Positions 1-9,588 of a stretch of 32,000 bases of DNA are shown one piece after another (position 1 is the stretch's first letter; each line of letters starts with the position of its first letter). The stretch spans positions 120,001 to 152,000 of the forward strand of contig RQZE01000002.1 in NCBI GenBank assembly GCA_003858585.1, given 5' to 3'. The stretch comes from Erysipelotrichaceae bacterium OH741_COT-311. GTDB taxonomy: Bacteria; Bacillota_I; Bacilli_A; Erysipelotrichales; Erysipelotrichaceae. A program made the translations under genes and the position numbers. The notes beneath the pieces were generated by a model. It saw nothing but the letters and a program-made list of their open reading frames with translations, was not told the origin of the DNA and did not search any database.

Positions 1-591
1 ATTAACTTAGAAGTGAAACAAGGGGAACTTATCGCCATTTTAGGAAGTTCCGGTAGTGGGAAGTCAACTTTATTAAATCTTGTGGCTGGATTAGAAAAAG
101 TAAGTGTTGGACAAATCTTATTAGATCAAAAAGATATTACAGATGTTGTGTGCGAAAAGCGAAATATTGGAATGATCTTTCAAGATTATGCTTTATTTCC
201 ACATTTAACGGTTGAAAAAAATGTTGGATTTGCTTTAAAAAGTTATAAAGACCCTATTGTAGATGCTATGTTAAAGTTAGTGAAGATGGAGTCTTTCAAG
301 AAACGTTATCCTTATGAATTAAGTGGTGGAGAAAAGCAACGTGTGGCAATTGCCAGAAGTTTAGCGGCACAACCAAAAGTGTTATTATTGGATGAACCAT
401 TTTCAAATTTAGATGCCGATTTAAGATATAAGGTGCGTAAGGAAGTTAAAGAAATTTTAACCCAAGCAAACATAACATCTATTATGGTGACACATGACAT
501 TGACGATGCGTATGATATAGCGGATCGAATTGTATTTTTAAAGCAAGGACGCATTGATCGAATAGAAGAAGTGAAAGCTACAAAATTGTAG
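1..591 (+). CDS. ABC transporter ATP-binding protein (5' end cut by window edge)
   Basis: Frame 1 is open from base 1, upstream of the tracked GTG at 13. Walker A GSSGSGKST, signature LSGGEKQRV, Walker B LLLDEPFS, H-loop VTHD. No extra C-terminal regulatory domain. Confidence 0.9.
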   Translation: MNLEVKQGELIAILGSSGSGKSTLLNLVAGLEKVSVGQILLDQKDITDVVCEKRNIGMIFQDYALFPHLTVEKNVGFALKSYKDPIVDAMLKLVKMESFKKRYPYELSGGEKQRVAIARSLAAQPKVLLLDEPFSNLDADLRYKVRKEVKEILTQANITSIMVTHDIDDAYDIADRIVFLKQGRIDRIEEVKATKL

Positions 592-603
592 CTTTTTCTT
601 TTT
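574..603 (+). terminator. Rho-independent terminator overlapping the ABC ATPase stop codon
   Basis: Stem AAAGCTACA (574-582) / TGTAGCTTT (587-595), loop AAAT, followed by TTCTTTTT. Confidence 0.7.
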
Positions 604-668
604 ACAAACGATTCTTTTTATGTAACAATGAAGGTACATAAAATCTTATCGGATGGGAAAGGAGAAGT

Positions 669-1640
669 ATGAGGAAAATTATAATAGCGCTAGTGTCGAT
701 AGTAGTGTTGGGTTGTGCCAAGAAGATGACATTTCAGGAGTTAAATCAAAACTATTTTAAGCAAAGCGAGGATGGATTATCCTTTGTTTTGAATAGTCAG
801 TATATTGATTATCTTCCGGAAAGTACGGTTTTAATATTCTATAAAGAAAATTTTATAGATGTATATGATGATTATGAGGGAGTTAGTGAAGAAGAGCTTA
901 TCAAAGAGTTAAAAGAATTAAATAAAAAATATCATAAAAAATATGTTCATGTATATGACACTTATAATGAAGCTGTCTATGGAGAAGTGGTTTATGAAGT
1001 GGAAGATGGAGAGTTGTATTCAACTTTAGTCAATCGAAGTTTAATCAATGGAGATTATATGACGTTTAAGCAACGTTTTATAAAAGATGATAGTGAGTAT
1101 GAATATTGGCAGATGTTGGAAGATGTCTATAATGTTGGTGATTTTCAGCATCAAATTGTATATACAGACGAAGTTTTAAAAGAAATTGACGACCGAGTAG
1201 CGAATACGAATCAATTGATTTCAGAAAAAAAAGATGCCTTGGTACTTGTTCCGAATTTTTATTACGATTGTTTAGAATGTGAAAAGTCAATTATCACTAT
1301 TTATTATAATGAGATGTATTTAGGTAATATTTACTTTAAAGATAACGTATATACTGCACAATTAAAGATGGATTTTACCGACCCATTTAATGAAAAACAT
1401 TTGAGTATGTTTGGTGGTTACTATGATGATCAAACGAAGGTATATTATGCGGCGATTGATGGTCTAGTTTATGAAATAGTTGTTGTTGGGCAAAAGGATC
1501 CGGTGGGCATGGTTCGTGTTTATAATCCGGAAATCTATGGGTTTGAAGAATTGGAAGAAATGAATCCAAAGGTACAAGAAGTGTATAAGTTGTGTTTGGA
1601 AAATCAAGAAGACTATACATATATAGAGGAGGAAGAATAA
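669..1640 (+). CDS. Putative lipoprotein, unknown function
   Basis: 323-aa ORF. Signal peptide with lipobox VVLGC-AKK, GGAGAAG RBS upstream. Acidic, Tyr/Glu-rich mature part with no motif I recognise. Confidence 0.7.
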   Translation: MRKIIIALVSIVVLGCAKKMTFQELNQNYFKQSEDGLSFVLNSQYIDYLPESTVLIFYKENFIDVYDDYEGVSEEELIKELKELNKKYHKKYVHVYDTYNEAVYGEVVYEVEDGELYSTLVNRSLINGDYMTFKQRFIKDDSEYEYWQMLEDVYNVGDFQHQIVYTDEVLKEIDDRVANTNQLISEKKDALVLVPNFYYDCLECEKSIITIYYNEMYLGNIYFKDNVYTAQLKMDFTDPFNEKHLSMFGGYYDDQTKVYYAAIDGLVYEIVVVGQKDPVGMVRVYNPEIYGFEELEEMNPKVQEVYKLCLENQEDYTYIEEEE

Positions 1641-2350
1641 TGAAAAAGTTTATAATTACAAAAGAATTTTGGGATGTGTTTCCGGATGCGAAGATTGGAG
1701 TTGTAATTGCTAAGAATATAAACAATCAATATGAAGATATGAGTGTTTATCAAGAGTTGTTGCATAAGAATGCAAAACTAGGAACACGTTATTTACCAAA
1801 TGAAGAATTTAGTAGTAATGAGGTTATCGATGTATGGAGAAAGGCATATCAAAAATTTAAGACAAAAAAAGGTGCTCGTTGTTCGATTGAAGCATTATTA
1901 AAAAGGATAAAAAATGGAAATATGGTTGGAAACATTAATCCGTTAGTAGATGTATATAATGCGATTTCATTAAAATATGCTTTACCTTGTGGGGGAGAAG
2001 ATATGGATCGTTTTGTTGGAGATGTATATTTAACTAAAGCAAATGGAGATGAAGAATTTATTACTTTAGGATCGCAAGAGTCGGAACCTCCATATCCGCA
2101 AGAAATCATCTATAAGGATGACTATGGAGCGATTTGTCGATGTTGGAATTGGAGGGAATCTATGCGTACTATTCTTACAGAAGATACGAAGAAGGCTTTC
2201 TTGATTATGGAGTCGGTAGATCTTAAACGTTTTGAAGAGTTAAATATGGCTATCCATGAATTAGCGGATCTTGTTTCTGATTATCTACATGGAAAGTGTA
2301 AGGTGTATATATTGGATAAAGATCATCCGGAAATCTGTATAGAAGAGTAA
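1640..2350 (+). CDS. Free-standing B3/4 domain protein (PheRS beta-subunit-related, COG3382-type)
   Basis: Start placed at ATG 1640 (MKKFIIT), preceded by GGAGGAAG and overlapping the upstream stop (TAATG). The tracked start at 1592 lies inside the previous gene. Family-typical stretches: SIEALLKRI, INPLVDVYNAISLKYALPCGGEDMD, CRCWNWRES. Confidence 0.8.
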   Translation: MKKFIITKEFWDVFPDAKIGVVIAKNINNQYEDMSVYQELLHKNAKLGTRYLPNEEFSSNEVIDVWRKAYQKFKTKKGARCSIEALLKRIKNGNMVGNINPLVDVYNAISLKYALPCGGEDMDRFVGDVYLTKANGDEEFITLGSQESEPPYPQEIIYKDDYGAICRCWNWRESMRTILTEDTKKAFLIMESVDLKRFEELNMAIHELADLVSDYLHGKCKVYILDKDHPEICIEE

Positions 2351-2376
2351 ACAAGCCGAAGGCTTGTTTTCTTATT
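2350..2376 (+). terminator. Rho-independent terminator
   Basis: AACAAGCC (2350-2357) GAA GGCTTGTT (2361-2368), followed by TTCTTATTT. Confidence 0.75.
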
Positions 2377-2439
2377 TGTGGACTTTTTTGTTTAGATATG
2401 ATACCATAACTCGTAAATTCATTGCGTAAGGGGATTAAT

Positions 2440-3048
2440 ATGAAGTTCAAAAATATTATATTGATTATTGTTGGCAGCTTTATTGTTGCCTTTGCACTTT
2501 ACCACTTTCATTACCAAAGTATTCTTTCAGAAGGTGGTATTTTAGGTTTGTTTTTATTGTTAAAGCATGTCTTTGATATTTCCCCGGCAATAACAAGTGC
2601 AATTTTAGATACGACAATGTTTCTAATTGGGTTAAAAGTATTAGGAAAACATTTCTTTGCATATACGATTATATCTATCGTATCCTTTTCACTTTCTTAT
2701 AAGTTCATTGAACAATTTCCACCGTTATTTTATCTGTCCAATCTATGGCTTGTTTCTATTTTGGGAGGAATTTTTGTAGGACTTGGAGTAGGTTTAGTGA
2801 TTATCAGTGGTGGAGCTTGCGGGAGTGATGATGTCATTGCGTTAATCATTAATAAATATTTTAAAATTCCAATTAAAATAGTGTATTATATTGATGATTT
2901 TTTAGTCTTGGTATTGTCTTTGTTGATTTATATGCCATTTCAACAGTTTATCTTTTCATTGTTAACGACGTTTATATCAACAAATGTCATTAATCTCATC
3001 ATAAAGCATCAATATCGCATTTATAAAGAAACGATACGTATTCATTAA
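2440..3048 (+). CDS. YitT-family (DUF161-repeat) integral membrane protein, short form without a C-terminal soluble domain
   Basis: ATG 2440 (MKFKN) follows an AAGGGGA RBS; the tracked start at 2422 is a TTG. Multi-TM protein with two YitT-like half repeats (SEGGILGLFLLL and SGGACGSDDVIALIINKY). Confidence 0.65.
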   Translation: MKFKNIILIIVGSFIVAFALYHFHYQSILSEGGILGLFLLLKHVFDISPAITSAILDTTMFLIGLKVLGKHFFAYTIISIVSFSLSYKFIEQFPPLFYLSNLWLVSILGGIFVGLGVGLVIISGGACGSDDVIALIINKYFKIPIKIVYYIDDFLVLVLSLLIYMPFQQFIFSLLTTFISTNVINLIIKHQYRIYKETIRIH

Positions 3049-3071
3049 ATAAGGGGTTTCCCTTATTTTTC
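3049..3071 (+). terminator. Rho-independent terminator
   Basis: ATAAGGG (3049-3055) GTTT CCCTTAT (3060-3066), followed by TTTTT. Confidence 0.7.
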
Positions 3072-3117
3072 ATTGGAGTAAGTTATAGTATAATAGTAAC
3101 TGGATGAGGTTTTTAGT

Positions 3118-5637
3118 ATGGCAGAATATACACCGATGATGATGCAGTATTTACAAGTGAAAGAAAAGTTACAAGATGCGATTGTTTTTTATCGTTTAGG
3201 GGATTTCTATGAAATGTTTTTTGAAGATGCTAAGGTAGCTTCAAAAGAATTGGATTTGGTTTTAACAGGTCGCAATGCCGGACAAGAGGAGAAAGTACCT
3301 ATGTGTGGGGTTCCTTTTCATGCGGCGAATACTTACTTACAACGACTTGTTTCTAAAGGTTATAAAGTAGCGATTGTTGAGCAATTGGAAGAAGCTGGTA
3401 GCAGTAAGGGTATCGTTAAGCGTGATGTCATTAAAATTGTAACGCCCGGTACGATGTTGCCGGATGAACAAAATGAAAAAGATGTTGTGACGTTAGCGTC
3501 TATCTATGATTATGGGTATGGCTATTATTTATGTATTGTGGATCTAAGTACAGGGGAAACCATTGGTTGTGATGTTTCTTATAATAGTTTGGATGTAAAG
3601 GCGATTGCCTATAAAAATAATATTAAAGAATTTATTTGTCAAAGTGATTTTAATCAAGAAATGATTGATATGTTTAAGGAGATGAATATCATTGTTTCTT
3701 TCTTTGAGGATACGATGTTAGAAAATCGTTATTTAAAGCATCTTTCGTCGATGGATGATGTAAAGGTGATTCATAGTTATGGTTTACTGATTAATTATCT
3801 GGAGTTAACACAAAAGCGTGTGATTGATCATTTGCAGACTTTAAAGTATGAAGATGTGAATGAGAAGTTAAAAATGGATTATAATACGATTTTAAATTTG
3901 GAGTTGGTTCGCAGTTTGAAAAATGATTCGAAAAGTGAAACTTTATGGTCGTTTATGGATCATACTTCTAGCAGTATGGGGTCTCGTTTATTACGTAAGT
4001 TAATTGAGCATCCTTTAGTAAACCAAAATGAAATTGAAAAACGATTGGACCAAGTAACGACGATTAAGAATGATCTTTTATGTATGAATCAATTAAAGAA
4101 GTCGTTAGAGAATATTTATGATTTACAGCGTTTGATTGCAAAAATAGCTTTAGGTAGTAGTAATCCAATTGACTTAGTACGTTTGTTAAAGACGTTAGAA
4201 GAAGTTCCAAACATTAAATTGTTGTTAAAGAAGTATGAAGTGTTTCATGAATTATTGGATTTTGAGGAGTTTGAAGCTTTAAAAGATCGTTTAGAGAATG
4301 CCTTAGTAGAGCAGGTACCGGTGAGCATTAAAGATGGTGGTGTATTTAAAGAGGGATATGATGTTGAATTAGATCGTTTAAATGCGTTGAGTAATGGTGG
4401 GAAAGATTGGATTTTAGAGTTAGAGCAAAGGGAAAAAGAGAAGACAGGTATTAAGAATTTAAAGATTGGTTATAATCGTGTCTTTGGTTATTATATTGAA
4501 ATTAGTAAGGGGCAGTTAAATCAAGTAAAAGATGAGTTTGGTTATATTCGCAAACAAACCTTAACCAATCAAGAGCGCTTTATTACACAAGAATTAAAAG
4601 AAAAGGAAGATGAAATTCTTAAGGCACAGGAGAATGCCTTAAAGAAAGAGTATCTTCTTTATGAAGAATTATTGGCGTATATTAAGGATTTTTTAAATAA
4701 GCTCCAGCATTTAGCAATGCGTTTGGCTTATATTGACTGTCTATTGTCATTAGCTATTTTAGCAAATCAACCGGGATATCAAAGACCAACCTTTCATGAA
4801 TATCGTTTAGACATTAAGCAAGGACGTCATCCCATCTTAAATAAGTTGATGAAACATGGTAAATTTGTAGCCAATGATTGTTTTATGGAGCATGATGATG
4901 TTTTAATGATTACAGGTCCGAATATGGGTGGAAAATCAACCTATATGCGTCAATTAGCCTTGTTGGTTATCATGGGACAAATTGGTAGTTATTTGCCTTG
5001 TGTAAGTGCCACGTTACCTATTTTTGATCAAATTTTTACTCGTATTGGGGCTAGTGATGATATTTTGTCAGGGCAATCTACATTTATGGTGGAAATGAAT
5101 GAAGCCAATTATGCATTAAAGCATGCGAGTAAAAACTCATTGATTCTATTTGATGAAATTGGTCGAGGTACAAGTACGTATGATGGTATGTCTTTAGCTC
5201 AGGCTATGATTGAATATATCGCAAGTCATATTAAGGCTAAAACTTTATTTTCTACGCATTATCATGAACTTACAAGTTTAGAAAATCAGTTTGATAATAT
5301 TAAAAATTATCATGTGTTGGTACATGAAAAAGATCATCATGTGACGTTTATGTATAAGGTTGTGAAGGGGAAGGCAGATAAGTCTTATGGGATTAATGTT
5401 GCTCGTTTGGCTTCTTTACCAAGTAAAGTCATTGCAAGGGCAAGTGCATTGTTAAACGAATTGGAAGGACAGCGTAAAGTGGTAATGCAAAGTTTTGATT
5501 TATTTCAGGAAGAATCTGTTCCTTTTGAGTATGAAGAAGTAATTGATACCTTAAAGAGTGTTGATGTAAATCGACTAACACCGATGGATGCGTTACTGTT
5601 GATAAATAAGTTAAAGAAGGATATACAAGATGAATAA
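3118..5637 (+). CDS. mutS: DNA mismatch repair protein MutS
   Basis: 839 aa. N-terminal mismatch-recognition region TPMMMQYLQVKEK...GDFYEMF, Walker A GPNMGGKST, DEIGRGTSTYDG, STHYHEL. Confidence 0.97.
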   Translation: MAEYTPMMMQYLQVKEKLQDAIVFYRLGDFYEMFFEDAKVASKELDLVLTGRNAGQEEKVPMCGVPFHAANTYLQRLVSKGYKVAIVEQLEEAGSSKGIVKRDVIKIVTPGTMLPDEQNEKDVVTLASIYDYGYGYYLCIVDLSTGETIGCDVSYNSLDVKAIAYKNNIKEFICQSDFNQEMIDMFKEMNIIVSFFEDTMLENRYLKHLSSMDDVKVIHSYGLLINYLELTQKRVIDHLQTLKYEDVNEKLKMDYNTILNLELVRSLKNDSKSETLWSFMDHTSSSMGSRLLRKLIEHPLVNQNEIEKRLDQVTTIKNDLLCMNQLKKSLENIYDLQRLIAKIALGSSNPIDLVRLLKTLEEVPNIKLLLKKYEVFHELLDFEEFEALKDRLENALVEQVPVSIKDGGVFKEGYDVELDRLNALSNGGKDWILELEQREKEKTGIKNLKIGYNRVFGYYIEISKGQLNQVKDEFGYIRKQTLTNQERFITQELKEKEDEILKAQENALKKEYLLYEELLAYIKDFLNKLQHLAMRLAYIDCLLSLAILANQPGYQRPTFHEYRLDIKQGRHPILNKLMKHGKFVANDCFMEHDDVLMITGPNMGGKSTYMRQLALLVIMGQIGSYLPCVSATLPIFDQIFTRIGASDDILSGQSTFMVEMNEANYALKHASKNSLILFDEIGRGTSTYDGMSLAQAMIEYIASHIKAKTLFSTHYHELTSLENQFDNIKNYHVLVHEKDHHVTFMYKVVKGKADKSYGINVARLASLPSKVIARASALLNELEGQRKVVMQSFDLFQEESVPFEYEEVIDTLKSVDVNRLTPMDALLLINKLKKDIQDE

Positions 5638-6211
5638 AAAAAAGATAGGATTATTTTTGCTTGTAATTGGTTTTGTTGTTGGTATTTTTCTTGTATATGA
5701 AACAACTGAGAAAGAAAAATTTGCCGATACGCATGCGTTTTATCCAACCGGTGAAGAACAACAAGATTATATTAAAGATGTAAGTAAACTGCGTTTTGAA
5801 CAACAAGAGTTTGAGTTAGATATTCGTCTCAATTTTAATCAGCCGGTGGCTTTTACGGATACATATTTTATTTATCTCAATCGTAATCATCCGTTAAAAG
5901 AGGTTGTTTATTGTGATTATAACTTTATGAATCGTATTATTTTATCACTGTTAAAAGGAAAAGAGACCATTATTACTTTAGTAGGTGAACAAGAGTATTC
6001 CTTCAAAATGGTATTTGTGGAAGATGCTTTAAAGGAAACGGTATATGTAGATCCAATTGTACAAGGGAATCATCCGGAACTTACGATGATGCTTGCAAGT
6101 TTTAAAGATATTGATATGACTGGATTACTTCCGGTAATTTTAGAGTTGGATTCATATTATGATTTAAACGGAAATACCTATTATAGTGTGATGGGTCTAT
6201 TAATGGAGTAA
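5630..6211 (+). CDS. Membrane-anchored hypothetical protein inserted between mutS and mutL
   Basis: 193-aa ORF. The ATG overlaps the mutS stop by 8 nt and the ORF ends 3 nt before the mutL ATG. It has a single N-terminal TM helix (IGLFLLVIGFVVGIFLV). Faint sortase-like pattern without the catalytic Cys (see findings). Confidence 0.7.
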   Translation: MNKKKIGLFLLVIGFVVGIFLVYETTEKEKFADTHAFYPTGEEQQDYIKDVSKLRFEQQEFELDIRLNFNQPVAFTDTYFIYLNRNHPLKEVVYCDYNFMNRIILSLLKGKETIITLVGEQEYSFKMVFVEDALKETVYVDPIVQGNHPELTMMLASFKDIDMTGLLPVILELDSYYDLNGNTYYSVMGLLME

Positions 6212-6214
6212 GTT

Positions 6215-7993
6215 ATGGGAAAAATTAATCAGTTAAATGAACATTTAACCAATATGATTGCAGCTGGTGAAGTGGTTGAAAGACCGGCTGGTATTGTAAA
6301 AGAATTGGTGGATAATGCCATTGATGCAAAGGCGACAAGCATTGAAGTTATTATAAAACAAGGTGGGATTGCCTCTATCATGGTGGTGGATGATGGAGTT
6401 GGTATGGATTATAAGGATGCCACAATGGCATTTGCAAGACATGCAACAAGTAAACTGGTTTATGAAGAAGATTTATGGAATATTCATACCTTAGGTTTTC
6501 GTGGAGAAGCACTACCTTCCATTGCTTCTGTAAGCAAAGTAGAGCTAAAAACATCCAATGGAAACGAATCAACCTTAGTGAAAATGGAATATGGAACTAT
6601 GGTGGAAGTCAAGCCTTATCCAAGTAATCAAGGAACAACGATTTTAGTAGAGGGTTTGTTTTTAAAGACACCTGCTCGTTTAAAACATTTAAAGTCAATG
6701 TATTATGAAGCATCCATTGTAAATGATGTTATGGTTAAGTTTGCACTTAGTTATCCTTCGATTCGTTTTCGTTTGATTAATGAAGAAACTGTTGTACTTC
6801 AAAGTAATGGAAGTGGAAAACTAATGGATGCCTTTGCTAGTGTGTATGGGGTAGAACTTGCTAGTAATTCCTTTTTGATTCAAGGGGAAGACTATGATTA
6901 TCAAATCGAAGGGATTGCTGCGCTACCAAGTTTTTCTAGAGCAACTCGTAATTATATCTCTGTTTTTATTAATCATCGTATGGTAAAACATTATCGTTTA
7001 AATCAAGCGATTATTTCTTGCTTCACTAAGTATATGATGGATAATCGTTATCCCATTATCTGTTTAAATATTAAGATGGATCCTAAGTTAGTGGATGTAA
7101 ATGTTCATCCAAGTAAGTGGGAAATACGTTTATCTAAGGAAAAACAGTTAGAGGAATTAGTGACGAATATTTTAAATGCCACTTTAGCAAGTGCCATGAA
7201 AGCGCCTGTTATGGAGTTTAAAACTCCAAGCCCTAAAGTGAAAGAAGTACCATTGTTTCAGTATGTGCATGAAGTAGCTTCGAATAAGCAAGTAGAAATA
7301 TTAAAGGAAGAAAAGGTAAGTAATCTACAAGAAAAGCAAGAAACAATAAAGACATCGATTCAAAGCTTTCCTGTTGGAAATGATGTAAAGAAACAGGAAA
7401 CTATGATTGAAACGACATCCAAGTTTCCGGATTTACAGTTAATAGGTCAATTACAAGGTAGTTATATTTTATGTGGTAGTGAAGATGGTTTATATATTTT
7501 TGATCAACATGCAGCACAAGAGCGTATCAATTATGAATATTTTGTTAAAGGTTTTTATCAAAATGATACCTTAATTGATTTATTGGTTCCTATTCGTATA
7601 CATGTAGCGCCAGGTATCTTAAGTAAATTAGAAGTAATCAATCAGGAATTAAAAAATTTAAAGCTTTACTTTGAATGTTTTGGTGGTAATACTTTAATCA
7701 TTCGTCAAATACCGGTATGGTTAAGTAAGTTAGATGAAGAAGGGTTCTTAAAGGATGTTTTAGATTTATACAGTCAGGAACAAAAAGTGTCGCTAGAGCA
7801 AATGAATGATCATATTCTTGCGACAATGGCTTGTAAGGCTTCGATTAAATTTAATCATGTATTATCACCGATAGAGATGGATGCATTGATTCAACAATTA
7901 AGTAAGTGTGATAACCCTTTTAATTGTCCGCATGGAAGACCAACATTTATGTTAATAAGTAACCGAGATTTAATAAGGAATTTTAAACGATGA
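6215..7993 (+). CDS. mutL: DNA mismatch repair endonuclease MutL
   Basis: 592 aa. GHKL ATPase motifs (AAGEVVERPAGIVKELVDNAIDA, DDGVGM, GFRGEAL). C-terminal endonuclease motif DQHAAQERINYE plus CPHGRPT. Confidence 0.97.
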   Translation: MGKINQLNEHLTNMIAAGEVVERPAGIVKELVDNAIDAKATSIEVIIKQGGIASIMVVDDGVGMDYKDATMAFARHATSKLVYEEDLWNIHTLGFRGEALPSIASVSKVELKTSNGNESTLVKMEYGTMVEVKPYPSNQGTTILVEGLFLKTPARLKHLKSMYYEASIVNDVMVKFALSYPSIRFRLINEETVVLQSNGSGKLMDAFASVYGVELASNSFLIQGEDYDYQIEGIAALPSFSRATRNYISVFINHRMVKHYRLNQAIISCFTKYMMDNRYPIICLNIKMDPKLVDVNVHPSKWEIRLSKEKQLEELVTNILNATLASAMKAPVMEFKTPSPKVKEVPLFQYVHEVASNKQVEILKEEKVSNLQEKQETIKTSIQSFPVGNDVKKQETMIETTSKFPDLQLIGQLQGSYILCGSEDGLYIFDQHAAQERINYEYFVKGFYQNDTLIDLLVPIRIHVAPGILSKLEVINQELKNLKLYFECFGGNTLIIRQIPVWLSKLDEEGFLKDVLDLYSQEQKVSLEQMNDHILATMACKASIKFNHVLSPIEMDALIQQLSKCDNPFNCPHGRPTFMLISNRDLIRNFKR

Positions 7994-8886
7994 AAAAAGT
8001 ATTAGTAATAGTAGGACCTACAGCGGTTGGAAAATCCGATTTATCACTAGCATTGGCGAAAGTATTTGATGGTGAAATTATTAGTGGAGATTCAATACAA
8101 GTATATAAGGGCTTAGATATTGGTTCTGGAAAAGTAAATGAAGGGCAAAGAAAAGAAGTGAAACATTACATGCTGGATATTTTAAGTCCTAAAGATACTT
8201 ATTCGGTATATGATTTTCAAAAGAGGGCTCGTCAACATATAGAAGATATTACAAGTAGAGGTAAATTACCTATTGTTGTTGGAGGGACGGGTTTATATAT
8301 TAAGGCTTTATTGTATGATTATACGTTTGCTCCTGTTGATGAATTAGATTATAGTAAATATGAATTGATGGACAATGAAGAATTATATCAACAATTACAG
8401 GAAGTTGACTATGCATCTTCTGCTTGTTTGCATCCCAATAATAGACGTCGTATTGTACGTGCCTTAGCTTTAGCGGATGTTAATCAAAAAAAGTCAAAGA
8501 CTATTGAAGGGCAAAAGAAAGAAATTTTATATGATGCGCTCATCATTGGATGTACAACGGATCGTAGTATTCTTTATGAAAGAATAAATGAACGTGTTGC
8601 TAAGATGTTTCAAGAAGGTTTATTAGAAGAAGTGCAATCTTTATTGAAACAAGGGGTAAGGTTTGATGATCAAAGTATGCAGGGCATTGGTTATCGTCAG
8701 TTTAAAGGCTATGTGGAACAGGAGAAAACTTTAGAAGAAGTACAGATGGAAATCGCAAGTGCATCACGTAAGTTTGCTAAGCGTCAATATACATGGTTTA
8801 ACAATCAGATGCATGTTCAATGGTTCGATCCGAAAGAAGAATATGAAAGAATAGTAGAGGTTATTCAAGCGTGGTACAACAGTTAG
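7990..8886 (+). CDS. miaA: tRNA dimethylallyltransferase MiaA
   Basis: 298 aa. P-loop GPTAVGKS, DSIQVYKGLDIGSGK, GGTGLY. The start overlaps the mutL stop (ATGA). Confidence 0.95.
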   Translation: MKKVLVIVGPTAVGKSDLSLALAKVFDGEIISGDSIQVYKGLDIGSGKVNEGQRKEVKHYMLDILSPKDTYSVYDFQKRARQHIEDITSRGKLPIVVGGTGLYIKALLYDYTFAPVDELDYSKYELMDNEELYQQLQEVDYASSACLHPNNRRRIVRALALADVNQKKSKTIEGQKKEILYDALIIGCTTDRSILYERINERVAKMFQEGLLEEVQSLLKQGVRFDDQSMQGIGYRQFKGYVEQEKTLEEVQMEIASASRKFAKRQYTWFNNQMHVQWFDPKEEYERIVEVIQAWYNS

Positions 8887-9584
8887 AACGTTTAGAACTA
8901 TTAATTGGTAAGGAAGGTATTGAAACGTTAAAACAAAAAACCATCCTCATTGTTGGAGTTGGTGGTGTTGGTGGTTATGTGGCAGAAAGTTTAGCACGTT
9001 GTGGTATTGGTAAATTAATATTAATGGATCATGATGTGGTGAGTCTTACCAATTTAAATCGTCAAATTATTGCGACGTACGATTCGATTGGTCAGTATAA
9101 AACAGAGTTGATGAAACAACGTATTCAACAATTTAGTGGTACGCAAGTGGAGTGTATCAATGCATTTTTTAATGAAGATACAGCTTTGATAGATTGTGAT
9201 TATGTCGTGGACTGTATTGATACGATTACAAGTAAAATGGATATTATTAAAAAATGTCATGATGCAAAAATACCGTGTATTTCTTCTTTAGGAATGGCAA
9301 ATCGTTTTGATCCAAGTTTGTTACGGTATACAACTTTGGATAAAACATCATATGATCCTTTAGCTAAAGCTATGCGTAAAATGGCAAAAGAAAGAAACTA
9401 TCGCTTTAAAATAGAAGTTGTGGTATCATTAGAACAGGCTTATAAGCAAAATAAGTTAGTAAATCCGGATGGCAAAACATACAAAGAAAAGTATCCTCCG
9501 GGTTCTAATAGTTTTGTACCGGCTAGTGCCGGGTTATTGCTTGGAAGCATTGTTGTTCGAAATCTATTAAAGAAAGGAAACTAA
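8871..9584 (+). CDS. tcdA: tRNA threonylcarbamoyladenosine dehydratase (ThiF/E1-like, TcdA family)
   Basis: 237 aa. Rossmann motif IVGVGGVGG, then LILMDHDVVSLTNLNRQ. The tracked GTG start overlaps miaA by 16 nt, so the exact start is uncertain. Confidence 0.85.
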   Translation: MVQQLERLELLIGKEGIETLKQKTILIVGVGGVGGYVAESLARCGIGKLILMDHDVVSLTNLNRQIIATYDSIGQYKTELMKQRIQQFSGTQVECINAFFNEDTALIDCDYVVDCIDTITSKMDIIKKCHDAKIPCISSLGMANRFDPSLLRYTTLDKTSYDPLAKAMRKMAKERNYRFKIEVVVSLEQAYKQNKLVNPDGKTYKEKYPPGSNSFVPASAGLLLGSIVVRNLLKKGN

Positions 9585-9588
9585 AGTT

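Noticed and set aside
312-554. Antisense or shadow ORFs from the six-frame track. They lie at 312-554, 1078-1290, 1387-1725, 1849-2109, 2250-2450, 2480-2662, 5505-5747, 6245-6442, 6378-6572, 9054-9260, 11683-11892, 13090-13275 and 16803-16997. Further ones lie at 17893-18078, 18413-18601, 18598-18780, 19154-19402, 19496-19717, 19586-19783, 21587-21856, 23137-23322, 29584-29844 and 31525-31710.
   Set aside because: Each is short (60-112 aa) and lies inside or opposite a long ORF with clear family motifs. None has an RBS or recognisable motifs, and their composition is typical of frame shadows in AT-rich DNA.
3072-3117. A mutS promoter around TATAAT at 3089-3094.
   Set aside because: The -10 hexamer is perfect, but I could not find a convincing -35 or TG extension. 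TATAAT-like strings are frequent in this AT-rich DNA, so I did not list it as a feature.
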